Shown here piece by piece: positions 6,574 through 14,990 of a DNA stretch of 20,000 nucleotides. The position numbers and the translations under genes are program-made. Source of the DNA: an uncultured virus (IMG/VR IMGVR_UViG_3300015615_000325) (lineage: Duplodnaviria; Heunggongvirae; Uroviricota; Caudoviricetes); the IMG/VR virus record IMGVR_UViG_3300015615_000325, positions 51,018-71,017 of that record; one strand, given 5' to 3'. The notes under the pieces are model-generated. The model saw only the letters and a list, made by a program, of their open reading frames with translations. It was not told where the DNA came from and made no database searches. How positions within the stretch are numbered: the first letter of the stretch is position 1; every line of letters begins with the position of its first letter.

Positions 6574-8052
6574 ATGTCGAGCACAACGCTTCCAGTCAAG
6601 CGCGAAGCGCCGCAAGCGCCGGAAAAATCCGGACTCGCGAGCATCATTCTAATCCCATCCGACGAAGCTGGGGGGAAGCCAACAAACGCCCTCGTCAAAA
6701 TGACTCCGAACGGGCTGGTGCGATCCATTCACGTCCGCGTGCCGCTGAGCGAGGCGAAGGGCGAGGTCTGGTATCTCGGCGGATACGACGAAAACAATCG
6801 CTGGAACAAGAAAGCCAAAGCGGCGATCACGGCCGCTGGCTACAACAAGCTCAATCTAGTTGGCGGCGTCAGCTTCGCCACGCCCGAAACGCTCGTGTCC
6901 GAAGATGGGAAGGCATCGAGCAATCCGTACTTTCATCGCGAGTCCGGCGAGCTGGTGTATGTGAAGGTGCGGCGGATCGGCATCGGCCGCAACGCGGCGG
7001 GCAACCTCGTCGCGATCGACCTGACCGTCACGTACAACATCCGCGACTACTTCGCTCAGGACTGCTTTGCGAAGTGGAGCGGCAAGAAATCCGACACCGC
7101 GACGGCTGGCTGGGGGCAAATCTTCGACGCCGAAAACATCCCCGACGAAGTGCGGAAGGACGGGCGCCGCAAGCTCATTCGTTGCCCGGGCGGCGTGGTG
7201 CTGTCGATCGACCTGACGCAGAAAGACGCGATCGCTGTCATTCAGGAGCACATCAACCGCCAGAAGTTCGCTGAGCGGAATGCCTGGACCATCTGCGAGC
7301 GAAACATCCTCAAGAAGTTCTACGCAGCCGCGCAGCTCCGGCCGACGGACCTGACGGTGCCGGTAGTCGCCTGGCAGACGGTCGATCGAGCCCTTGAAGA
7401 GTTGGCACGGATCGCAGCGGAATCGCGCGGCGGTCGCGTCACGGTCGGCAATGAAGAACTCGAAATCGAGCGGCAGAACGAGGTCGCGAACGACAAGGAT
7501 GAAGTCGACGCGGCCCTTGCTGGTGACGCCGACGAGGAAATGCAACCGACGGAGCCGGACGGTCCGAGCGAACCATCAAGCATCGGCACGCCCGTTGATA
7601 CACCAGCCCCGAAGGACGGCGGTGCGTCCAAGCATCTGGAAGAACTCCGCGCCAAAGTGCGAGACCTGTACGGAAAGCTTCCAGCGGAAGTCGCTGACGA
7701 GCTGCTCACGGCGGCGAATCTGAACGCTGGCATTGGGTGGATCGCGGCAGTGAACGCAGCGGGCCCGCTCGAAGCGGCTGCCGGCGTCCTCACGATCGAC
7801 GTTGCGGGGCTCGTCGCGGACACGAAGCGAATCGTCGCGAAAGTCGCGGACTCGATCGCGAATCGGGATTTCATTTTCTGCCATCTGCTCGGAACGAAGG
7901 ACACCAAGTCGACCGGCGATGTCGCCCCGGCCCGGGCAATTCTCGGGCTCAAGACGGCCCGCGCCATCGAGGCGGGCCGCGACAAGATCAAGGCCACAAA
8001 TCACGACGAGTGGGCGGCGGCAATTCAGGACATTCAGGAAGGCTGGCTCTAA
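6574..8052 (+). CDS. Phage protein, putative single-strand annealing protein/recombinase (RecT/Bet-like position and motifs)
   Basis: 492-aa ORF with GGGAAAGG upstream. ITAAGYNKLN and KFAERNAWTICERNILKKFY are reminiscent of SSAP motifs. Acidic/Pro linker then a C-terminal helical domain. Sits upstream of the SMC-like ATPase. CDS is confident, function tentative. Confidence 0.55.
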   Translation: MSSTTLPVKREAPQAPEKSGLASIILIPSDEAGGKPTNALVKMTPNGLVRSIHVRVPLSEAKGEVWYLGGYDENNRWNKKAKAAITAAGYNKLNLVGGVSFATPETLVSEDGKASSNPYFHRESGELVYVKVRRIGIGRNAAGNLVAIDLTVTYNIRDYFAQDCFAKWSGKKSDTATAGWGQIFDAENIPDEVRKDGRRKLIRCPGGVVLSIDLTQKDAIAVIQEHINRQKFAERNAWTICERNILKKFYAAAQLRPTDLTVPVVAWQTVDRALEELARIAAESRGGRVTVGNEELEIERQNEVANDKDEVDAALAGDADEEMQPTEPDGPSEPSSIGTPVDTPAPKDGGASKHLEELRAKVRDLYGKLPAEVADELLTAANLNAGIGWIAAVNAAGPLEAAAGVLTIDVAGLVADTKRIVAKVADSIANRDFIFCHLLGTKDTKSTGDVAPARAILGLKTARAIEAGRDKIKATNHDEWAAAIQDIQEGWL

Positions 8053-8109
8053 ACGCGCCTGCGTTCTGGAACGACATCGTCAATCGACCCAACAACGGAG
8101 AGACGGATC

Positions 8110-10713
8110 ATGCGTATCGAAGAGATCAACATCAACGGGATCAAGTGTCTCGACACCACCATCCGGCCGGAGCGATGCAATCTGCTGGCCGGCGAGAACG
8201 GGCAGGGCAAGACGGCTGTCATGCAAGCCTTGCAGTTCGCGATTGAGGGAAGGACTTCGCTCGGAGATCGGCCGGAAGCGACGCTCCAACTGGTTCGCGG
8301 CGGCGAGTGCTCCATCAAGGTGCAGCTCGCGGATGGGTTCGCGTTCGAGCGATCGCTGCGACGCGACGCGCGCACTGGTTCGGTTTCGCAGCGGCTGCTC
8401 GTCTCGGGGCAGCAGTCGGTGAAGTTGCAGGACACCGAGCCACTCGTGAACGCGCACGTCGGGCAATTCTCCGAAATGTTCGATTTGTCCCTGTTCACTG
8501 GCCTCTCATCCGACAAGCAGCGCTCGAAACTGTTGGATCTGTGCGGCCGGGCTCAGAAGTCGGCGGACCTCGATGTCGCAGGCATCGGGCGTCGGATTTC
8601 GATGGAGTGGCTCCGCCTCGAGCGCGGCCCCGGGACGGTCGCTCAGGCCGAGAAGATGCACAGGGGCGCCGCCGACGAGCTGATCGCCCTACTACTCGAA
8701 GATGTCGCGAAGGATCGGCGGGAATCGTTCACTGAGATTCTCGCGGAAGTGCGGGCGGAGATCGCGGGGGAACTGACGGAGAGCATCGGCTCGGCGCTCG
8801 CGAAGGCGAAGGCGATCGAAAACTCCACGAAGGCGACGTGCGAGCAGGCCAACCAGGCGAAGCAGCGGCTCACCGATCGCAAGAACACGATGCGGGTGAT
8901 CGCTGCGACCGTCGAGGCCATGAAGGCGGAGCGGGCCAAGCTGATCGCGCAGCGCGAAGAGATCGTCGGGCAGATCGAGAATCAGAAGGGTCGCGAGGAA
9001 TCCATCAGGCAGGCCGAAACACGGCTGCTGACGCTGGACTCCGAGATCAAGCGGATGGAAACCACGCTCGCGGGCGTGACCATCGCGGACGAAAGCGAGG
9101 CGGTGCGGTTCACTGAGGCGGCGGAGATTCTCAAGTCCGCGCCGAAGCATGTACATGGGGTCATCGGCAATTTCCGCGAGAGCGCGGCAGCAAGGATGCT
9201 GACCGAAGCACTCAAGGTCATCGCACGACGCGACGCTCTCATCAAGGAACTGGAATCGCCAATTCCGACACCGGCCGACATCAAGGCGTGCGAGGACGTT
9301 CTCGCCTCGATGAAGCTGCCGGAACTTCCGGATCTGACGGCTTGCACCATCGCCGCGAACAACGCTCGCGACGCCGCCATAACGGCGCGGACCAATCGCG
9401 ACGCCGCCGGCAATCGGATGTACGCGGCTGACCGTGCGATGACGCTGGCAGAGCTGCAGATCGAGCAGCATGAGGCCGGGCCGTGGGCTCGGGCTCTGAA
9501 CCTGTTGACGTCATTCGTCGAGACGATCCCCGACGATGTTCGCGGCAAGCTCGATTTCGTCGTGCTCAACAAGTTGCAGACGACGATCGAGGAAGGCGTC
9601 GGCGTCGGTCGCAGGGCGGAACTCGACACCGCGGCCGGCAAGGCTCGGACCGAATGCGAGGCGGCGAAGGCTGCTTTCGAAGCGACAGAAAGGACGCTGG
9701 CGACGGCAGACCGCGAACGCGATGCTGCAATCGCCACTCTGGTAGCTGCCCAAAAGTCGCTCAACGAGGCGAAAGCCGCTCAGGAGACACAGAGAGCTAG
9801 CATCGAATCAAACCGACGCACCATCGAGTCGATGCGTCAGGATCTGGCGTCCGCCGAATCCAAGCGGGCCGAAGTTGAGCGGCTCGGCGCGGAACTCATC
9901 CGCATCGAAAAGAACGCGGCCGAGTCACTCGCTGCCGACCTGACCCACAAGGCCAACAACATCCGCCAGTCCATCACGATGCACGAGCACAACGTCGCAT
10001 CACTAGACCGCAAGCGGCAGGACCGCATCGCGGCCGAGAAGGCGCTGAATGAACTTCGGTCGGCGGGCGGATGGATTCCGAACGAGCAGCTCGAACAGCA
10101 GCGGAACGGAATCACCGATCAAGTCAACGCGATCGACGCCGACATTGACGCGAAGGGGAAGTATCAGGCCCTCGAATCGGAACTGGCCCGGGCGATCGCA
10201 GACACGGAGCGTGAGACGGTTCGGCACGACGTCGCGAAGCGGGTTGCACAGGCGATCCGGGCGATTCGTGACGGACTGATGGGCGAGCTGGTTCGGCCGC
10301 TGCTCGATCGGATCAACAAGTTCCTCGCCGTGGCCGCTCCGGGGTGCGTTGCGTACTGCGAACTCGAACAGATCAAGGGCGAGACGCGCAAGCCGATCTT
10401 CGAAATCGGCTGGGAAGTGGACGGGATGAAGCGCGTCTCGTTGCCGGCGCTTTCCGGCGGGGAAGCTGCTCTGTTCGGGGCCGGGCTGGCCTACGCCCTG
10501 GTCTGCATCGCGAATCCGCCGCTGCGGCTGCTGCTGATCGAGGCGGCGGAAATCGACGCAGCGCACATGACGCGGATGCTCGATGCGTTGCGGGCGGTCA
10601 GCGACGACGTCGGGAACATCTTCGTCGCGACCTGCGACGAGAGCTTCGCGACGGAGATCGAGGGCTGGAATCACGTTCAGTTGCAGCAAGCGGCTGCGGC
10701 GGTGGCGGCGTGA
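8110..10713 (+). CDS. SMC/Rad50/SbcC-like coiled-coil ABC ATPase
   Basis: N-terminal MRIEEININGIK and Walker A GENGQGKT, long coiled coil, signature LSGGE, degenerate Walker B LLLIEAAEID. Confidence 0.88.
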   Translation: MRIEEININGIKCLDTTIRPERCNLLAGENGQGKTAVMQALQFAIEGRTSLGDRPEATLQLVRGGECSIKVQLADGFAFERSLRRDARTGSVSQRLLVSGQQSVKLQDTEPLVNAHVGQFSEMFDLSLFTGLSSDKQRSKLLDLCGRAQKSADLDVAGIGRRISMEWLRLERGPGTVAQAEKMHRGAADELIALLLEDVAKDRRESFTEILAEVRAEIAGELTESIGSALAKAKAIENSTKATCEQANQAKQRLTDRKNTMRVIAATVEAMKAERAKLIAQREEIVGQIENQKGREESIRQAETRLLTLDSEIKRMETTLAGVTIADESEAVRFTEAAEILKSAPKHVHGVIGNFRESAAARMLTEALKVIARRDALIKELESPIPTPADIKACEDVLASMKLPELPDLTACTIAANNARDAAITARTNRDAAGNRMYAADRAMTLAELQIEQHEAGPWARALNLLTSFVETIPDDVRGKLDFVVLNKLQTTIEEGVGVGRRAELDTAAGKARTECEAAKAAFEATERTLATADRERDAAIATLVAAQKSLNEAKAAQETQRASIESNRRTIESMRQDLASAESKRAEVERLGAELIRIEKNAAESLAADLTHKANNIRQSITMHEHNVASLDRKRQDRIAAEKALNELRSAGGWIPNEQLEQQRNGITDQVNAIDADIDAKGKYQALESELARAIADTERETVRHDVAKRVAQAIRAIRDGLMGELVRPLLDRINKFLAVAAPGCVAYCELEQIKGETRKPIFEIGWEVDGMKRVSLPALSGGEAALFGAGLAYALVCIANPPLRLLLIEAAEIDAAHMTRMLDALRAVSDDVGNIFVATCDESFATEIEGWNHVQLQQAAAAVAA

Positions 10714-10988
10714 AACGCAAACTTCGATTCCTACTCCGCGAGATTCGCCGGTTCGAACTCGTGACCGGGTTCGTCTGCCTGACTCGAACAGTTACCGGAG
10801 CGGGAATCACGTTCGCGTTCGCCAACGTCGCCGCCGGCAAGAAGGCGAGTCTCACGATCAGCAGCCACGACCTGCGTCGCAGCGAGAACAGTATCGCGGT
10901 CACGCTGAATCATCGGTTCGCGGCGGTCAAGAAACTACTCGCGTCGCCGAAGTCGAATCGGGTCGCGGTCGAAGAGGTTGCACGATGA
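10710..10988 (+). CDS. Hypothetical phage protein
   Basis: GTGA overlap with the ATPase stop. Ends with SD-containing GAGG and an ATGA overlap with the next gene. Confidence 0.65.
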   Translation: MKRKLRFLLREIRRFELVTGFVCLTRTVTGAGITFAFANVAAGKKASLTISSHDLRRSENSIAVTLNHRFAAVKKLLASPKSNRVAVEEVAR

Positions 10989-11224
10989 ACGTCCCCTGGT
11001 CCCGAGACTGGCCCGCCACGCGCGAGATCACCGGCGGACGCACGTACTACCTGCTCGAACAGGCGGACTTCGATCGGGCGTGCGCGTGCGTGAACGCGAT
11101 GGATGGCATCGACGACCCGGCGGCGTTCGTCGCTGAGGCTCAGAAGCAGTGGCCGGCCGGCGACGCGATGGCGGTTCAGAACTCAATGGGCGAGGGCATG
11201 AACAACGGAGCGCTGAAGCCGTGA
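10985..11224 (+). CDS. Hypothetical phage protein (RACACVNAMDGI motif)
   Basis: ATGA coupling and GAGG SD. Resembles the R-x-x-A-C-V-N-A-x-x-G-I pattern seen in small phage early proteins. Confidence 0.7.
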   Translation: MNVPWSRDWPATREITGGRTYYLLEQADFDRACACVNAMDGIDDPAAFVAEAQKQWPAGDAMAVQNSMGEGMNNGALKP

Positions 11225-11445
11225 TCTGCACTTGCTCAGTCCATTGTGTTGAGTCCGCGTATCACGAATCGGCGTGCTGTGGAGAACTCGATTGCAAATG
11301 CGATTGCCACGGCAGTCTTGTTGTCGAGTGGACAGATCGGAATGGCCGAAGTCGATCGACTCGATTCAAGACTCACGCCGACGCGGCACGATTCGAGGAA
11401 GGCCATAAATCAACAGGTAGGCATAACGGAGCGCTGAAGCCGTGA
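11204..11445 (+). repeat. Exact 21-bp direct repeat AACGGAGCGCTGAAGCCGTGA at 11204-11224 and 11425-11445
   Basis: Both copies read directly from the sequence. Each contains an SD (GGAG) and an overlapping GTG start/TGA stop. Confidence 0.95.
11221..11445 (+). CDS. Small Cys/His-rich protein with C-terminal integrase-arm-like DNA-binding motif
   Basis: GTG start with GGAG SD. 8 Cys and 3 His in the first 30 aa, then VEWTDRNGRSRSTRFKTHADAARFE. Confidence 0.6.
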   Translation: MICTCSVHCVESAYHESACCGELDCKCDCHGSLVVEWTDRNGRSRSTRFKTHADAARFEEGHKSTGRHNGALKP

Positions 11446-11684
11446 CGATCATCGGCCGTCCAGTTCGACGCGAGACGTTCGGCTCGGTTCACGAGCGCGG
11501 CAAACGCCGCAACGTGATCGTGATCCTTGAGCCCCCAAATCTCATCAGCTTCCGCGCGAAGGGAACGCGGCGGACCTACGCGCTTACGACTGATGCGTGC
11601 TGGACCTACGCAGTCAAGGTGCAAGTGGAGTCAGAGAAGGCGAGGAAGCGGAAGGAACGCGCCGAGAAACGAAAACGGAAATGA
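11442..11684 (+). CDS. Small basic hypothetical phage protein
   Basis: GTGA coupling and GGAG SD. ISFRAKGTRRTY motif and a Lys/Arg-rich tail. Confidence 0.75.
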   Translation: MTIIGRPVRRETFGSVHERGKRRNVIVILEPPNLISFRAKGTRRTYALTTDACWTYAVKVQVESEKARKRKERAEKRKRK

Positions 11685-11686
11685 CA

Positions 11687-11743
11687 TCGCCCCCCGCCCG
11701 CAGCGACGCTGTTGAGTGTGCCAGCGGCCTGCGGCGGGGGCGA
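11687..11743 (+). promoter_or_regulatory. Long intergenic hairpin with loop TTGAGTGTGC upstream of the UvrD gene
   Basis: TCGCCCCCCGCCCGCAG..CGCTG / CAGCG..CTGCGGCGGGGGCGA. The apical 16 nt are identical to 2302-2317. Confidence 0.65.
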
Positions 11744-11766
11744 CCCTTGAACGATCGGATTGAACG

Positions 11767-13671
11767 ATGAAACTCACGACCGCCCAACAACACGCAGTTG
11801 ATACCGACGCCCGCGAAGTGCTCGTCATCAGCGGAGCCGGCAGCGGCAAGACTCGCACGATGGTCGAGCGAACCGTCCGGATGATCCGCGGCGGTGCATC
11901 GCCGCTCGATTTCCTCGTGCTCACGTTCACCCGCCGGGCGTCGAACGAAATGCGCGAGCGTCTGGCTCGCCGACTCGGCGAACTCGGATACGACAACCCC
12001 GAGCGAACCATCGGCTCGATGCTTTGCGGCACGTTCCACTCGATCGCCCTTCGGTTTCTGCGGCTCGACGGCGACAAGCTCGGGCTCAACGGCCCGACGC
12101 TGACGGTGCTCGATCAGAAAGACGCCGACATGGTGCTCGAACAGGTCTGCCGAGACCTGGGGTACGTCAACGGCCGCTCATGGAAACACGATCTCTCGTG
12201 GTCGAAGGTCACGAAGTATCGCGAGGCCATCTATACCGGGCAGGCCGACGACTACGCGGCCTCGCCGTACCGCCAGCCACTGACCCGGGCATTCACTGAA
12301 TATCGGCACCGGATGGTCGGGCTGAACTCACTCGACTTCGGTTCGCTGCTGCAGGAATGCCGGCGGCTGCTGACGGAGTACCCCGACGTACTCGCCAGGT
12401 ATCGCGATCGCATCAAGCACGTCGTCGTCGATGAGGTTCAGGACTGCGACGCAACGCAATTCGATCTGCACGATTTCTTCGCTCCGCCGGCGACTTTCTT
12501 CGCGGTCGGCGACTTCCGCCAGTCAATCTACGGCTGGCGTGGCGCCCGCCCCGATCTGTGCCTCAAGCGGCACCCGAACGCCGAGCTGATCCAGCTTCGC
12601 GAAAACTTCCGCTCGGGCGCTCGGATCGTCACGGCCGCGAACTCGCTGATCGCCCACAACGGGAAGTACATGGCGGAGCCGATGGTCTCTGCCACCGGCC
12701 GCGACGGCATCGTCGTCGATGCGTTCGGCCGTTCCGCCGATGTTGCTCGTCTGCTGCCGAAGGTTCGATCGGTTCACGGATTCGCCTGGCGTGACGTCGC
12801 GGTGCTCGCTCGGAATCACCGGGCGCTCGCGCGGCTGGCGGACGCATGCCACGAGGCCGGCGTTCCGCACTACCGCGTCGGGGCCGGGTTCGACATCTGC
12901 GACACGGACGACTTCCGGAAGCTGCACGCTGCGATGCGGCTGTGCGTGAATCACGCCGACAACGTCGCGTTCCTGCGACTGCTTGAGACGTTCAACCTGA
13001 CGCCGACGCAGTACGCCGAGGTCCGCAAGACTGCGGCCGATCGGGCGATCTCGCACTTCGAGGCGATGGTGCAGTCGAAGTTCGGCGAATGCACCGAACT
13101 CGAAACGCTCGTCGACATTCACGGTCACGTTCCCACCGAGGCCGAAAGCCAGCAGGCAATCGAGGACGTCAAGACGCTGGTTAATACCGGCGTCGCTGAA
13201 CCGCTCCCGCTCACCCCCATCGGAGTAATCGGTACGGACTTGACCGCCCTGATGGCGGCGGTGTTCCCCGCTCCGCTCCCGACCGAGCTGTTCGATTTCT
13301 GGATGAAGCACTGCCAGGGGAAGTCATACGCCGAGGCCCTCGACTGGTTCGTGACGCGCGACGCTCAGGACGACGCGGCATCCGGCGACGTGGTCACGCT
13401 CAGCACGATTCACGCGGCGAAGGGGTTGGAGTGGCCGCTCGTTCTCATCGTGAACTGCAATGACGGCGAACTGCCGTCGTCGATGTCGATGCGAAACGGC
13501 GACGTCGATCACGAAGAGCGCAATGTCGCGTACGTCGCGATCACGCGGGCTCGCGAGACCCTGATTCTTCACCACCGCCGCCCGGAGGATCAGGACGAAT
13601 CGCGAACCATCAAGCCGCCGAGCCGGTTCCTGGCGGAAGCGGGCGTTCTGCAATTAGAGGCGGTGTCATGA
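11767..13671 (+). CDS. uvrD: UvrD/PcrA/Rep family SF1 DNA helicase
   Basis: Motifs GAGSGKT, LTFTRRA, GTFHS, VVDEVQD, VGDFRQSIYGWRGA, LRENFRS, TIHAAKGLEW, EERNVAYVAITRAR. Confidence 0.93.
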   Translation: MKLTTAQQHAVDTDAREVLVISGAGSGKTRTMVERTVRMIRGGASPLDFLVLTFTRRASNEMRERLARRLGELGYDNPERTIGSMLCGTFHSIALRFLRLDGDKLGLNGPTLTVLDQKDADMVLEQVCRDLGYVNGRSWKHDLSWSKVTKYREAIYTGQADDYAASPYRQPLTRAFTEYRHRMVGLNSLDFGSLLQECRRLLTEYPDVLARYRDRIKHVVVDEVQDCDATQFDLHDFFAPPATFFAVGDFRQSIYGWRGARPDLCLKRHPNAELIQLRENFRSGARIVTAANSLIAHNGKYMAEPMVSATGRDGIVVDAFGRSADVARLLPKVRSVHGFAWRDVAVLARNHRALARLADACHEAGVPHYRVGAGFDICDTDDFRKLHAAMRLCVNHADNVAFLRLLETFNLTPTQYAEVRKTAADRAISHFEAMVQSKFGECTELETLVDIHGHVPTEAESQQAIEDVKTLVNTGVAEPLPLTPIGVIGTDLTALMAAVFPAPLPTELFDFWMKHCQGKSYAEALDWFVTRDAQDDAASGDVVTLSTIHAAKGLEWPLVLIVNCNDGELPSSMSMRNGDVDHEERNVAYVAITRARETLILHHRRPEDQDESRTIKPPSRFLAEAGVLQLEAVS

Positions 13672-14219
13672 AACGAAACGGCGCAACCTTGCATGAAACC
13701 GTGTCGCCCGACCGTGCTATATCGCGATCGCGGTTGCGTCGTTCTGGACTGAGCGGTCGTGATTTCTCCACGGTGGTGCGCGGCCCGGCACGGCCGACTC
13801 GAAACGGTAACGGTCGGGACAGGGCCAAACTCATGCCGCGGACTCCGAAACAGGTCCGCATCGTCACGTTCATGCGCGAGTACCACGCCAAGTACGGCTA
13901 CTGGCCACTGCTCTCGGATATCGCCGAGTTCATCGGCATCAAGAAGGTCACAGTTTACGAGCACCTGAAATTGCTGATCGGTCAGGGAATCGTTCTTCAC
14001 GAAAAAAAGCACAAGTCTCGCGCGTACAGCGTGGCCGACGGCATCAAACTGCCCGCGAGCGGACCGACGCGGAGCGAGCTGATCGGGCTACTGCGAGAGT
14101 GCGTCACCGAAATCGAGAGCTGCGTCCCTCGCCCGCTGAAACTCGCTAGCGGTCGCGAAGTGATGCGCGGCGAGAACGCGGGGCTGATCGAGCGGGTCAA
14201 GAAAGCAATCGAAGAGTAG
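13668..14219 (+). CDS. LexA-like winged-helix DNA-binding protein lacking the S24 peptidase domain
   Basis: TPKQVRIVTFMREYHAKYGYWPLLSDIAEFIGIKKVTVYEHLKLLIGQGIV matches the LexA N-terminal domain. Start is either 13668 (ATGA overlap) or 13833. Confidence 0.75.
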   Translation: MKRNGATLHETVSPDRAISRSRLRRSGLSGRDFSTVVRGPARPTRNGNGRDRAKLMPRTPKQVRIVTFMREYHAKYGYWPLLSDIAEFIGIKKVTVYEHLKLLIGQGIVLHEKKHKSRAYSVADGIKLPASGPTRSELIGLLRECVTEIESCVPRPLKLASGREVMRGENAGLIERVKKAIEE

Positions 14220-14227
14220 GAGCAATC

Positions 14228-14950
14228 ATGCTTACGCGCGTAACGTTCACCGGGGCCGACGACACCGTCAATGTCGCTGATCTGTTCGACATTTCGAGGC
14301 AATATGGATTCGTCGAGTGGGGCATTCTGATCGGAAGTCACAGCGGCGAGTCGCGATTCCCATCCTTCGATTGGATCGAATCGCTGCATAGCTGGATCGG
14401 CTGCACAACCACACCGCCGCTGCTCTCACTTCATGTCTGCGGCCTGCCACTTCGGATGCTCGTGAACGGGAACGACTATCCGCTGAGCGAATCCAGGCGA
14501 AAGCTGTTCGACCGAATGCAGCTCAACTTCCACGGCGAACCGGTCACTCGGGCCCAAAGCACGCGGCTGATCGACTCACTGCTCGATCGCCGCAGCGTGC
14601 TGCCGGAAGTAATCGTCCAGCTCGACGGTGTGAACGATTTCATTCTCGATCGGTGCATGGATTTGGATCTGAACGCGAGCGGGCTCTACGACGGTTCGCA
14701 CGGCGCTGGCATTCGACCCGAGAAATGGCCGGCACCACACAAGCGCTGGCGCGTCGGATACGCGGGCGGAATCGGCCCCGAGACCATTCACGACGACATC
14801 CGGGCGATCGAAGCGGCTGCTACAGGCACGTCCTACTGGATCGACATGGAAACGAAGGTCCGCTCGCAGCGCGACGGTCGCGACGTGTTCGATCTCGAAA
14901 AGTGTGTGAGCGTTCTCGAAGCGGTCATTCCGTACATCAACCGTCCGTAG
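14228..14950 (+). CDS. Phage-type TIM-barrel protein, phosphoribosylanthranilate isomerase (PRAI/TrpF)-like
   Basis: AGGAG SD. Motifs VTFTGADD, EWGIL, LHVCG, QLNFH, DGSHGAG, GYAGGIGP, WIDMET..FDLEK. The last three parallel TrpF D..GGTG, LAGGL and VDVSSG. Confidence 0.7.
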   Translation: MLTRVTFTGADDTVNVADLFDISRQYGFVEWGILIGSHSGESRFPSFDWIESLHSWIGCTTTPPLLSLHVCGLPLRMLVNGNDYPLSESRRKLFDRMQLNFHGEPVTRAQSTRLIDSLLDRRSVLPEVIVQLDGVNDFILDRCMDLDLNASGLYDGSHGAGIRPEKWPAPHKRWRVGYAGGIGPETIHDDIRAIEAAATGTSYWIDMETKVRSQRDGRDVFDLEKCVSVLEAVIPYINRP

Positions 14951-14990
14951 GGGTCTAACAGGGAAGTCAATCAGTCACGGAGGATTGCCA

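Noticed and set aside
6030..7274. 414-aa + strand ORF and other long alternative-frame or antisense ORFs (e.g. 15295-16338, 16389-17288, 8692-9471, 19386-19967)
   Set aside because: Arg/Ser/Pro-rich shadow ORFs overlapping well-supported genes, as expected in high-GC DNA.
11204..11445. 21-bp repeats as a CRISPR mini-array or att sites
   Set aside because: Only two copies, 200-bp spacing, no cas or integrase gene, and the repeats coincide with SD and start/stop signals.
11747..11768. TTGAACGAT direct repeat before the uvrD start
   Set aside because: Only 9 bp in two copies; could be an operator but cannot be distinguished from chance.
8110..13671. ABC ATPase plus UvrD as a Gabija-like or Wadjet-like defence system
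   Set aside because: The ATPase has no TOPRIM/OLD nuclease domain, no kleisin-like partners are evident, the genes are not adjacent, and the context is a phage early operon.
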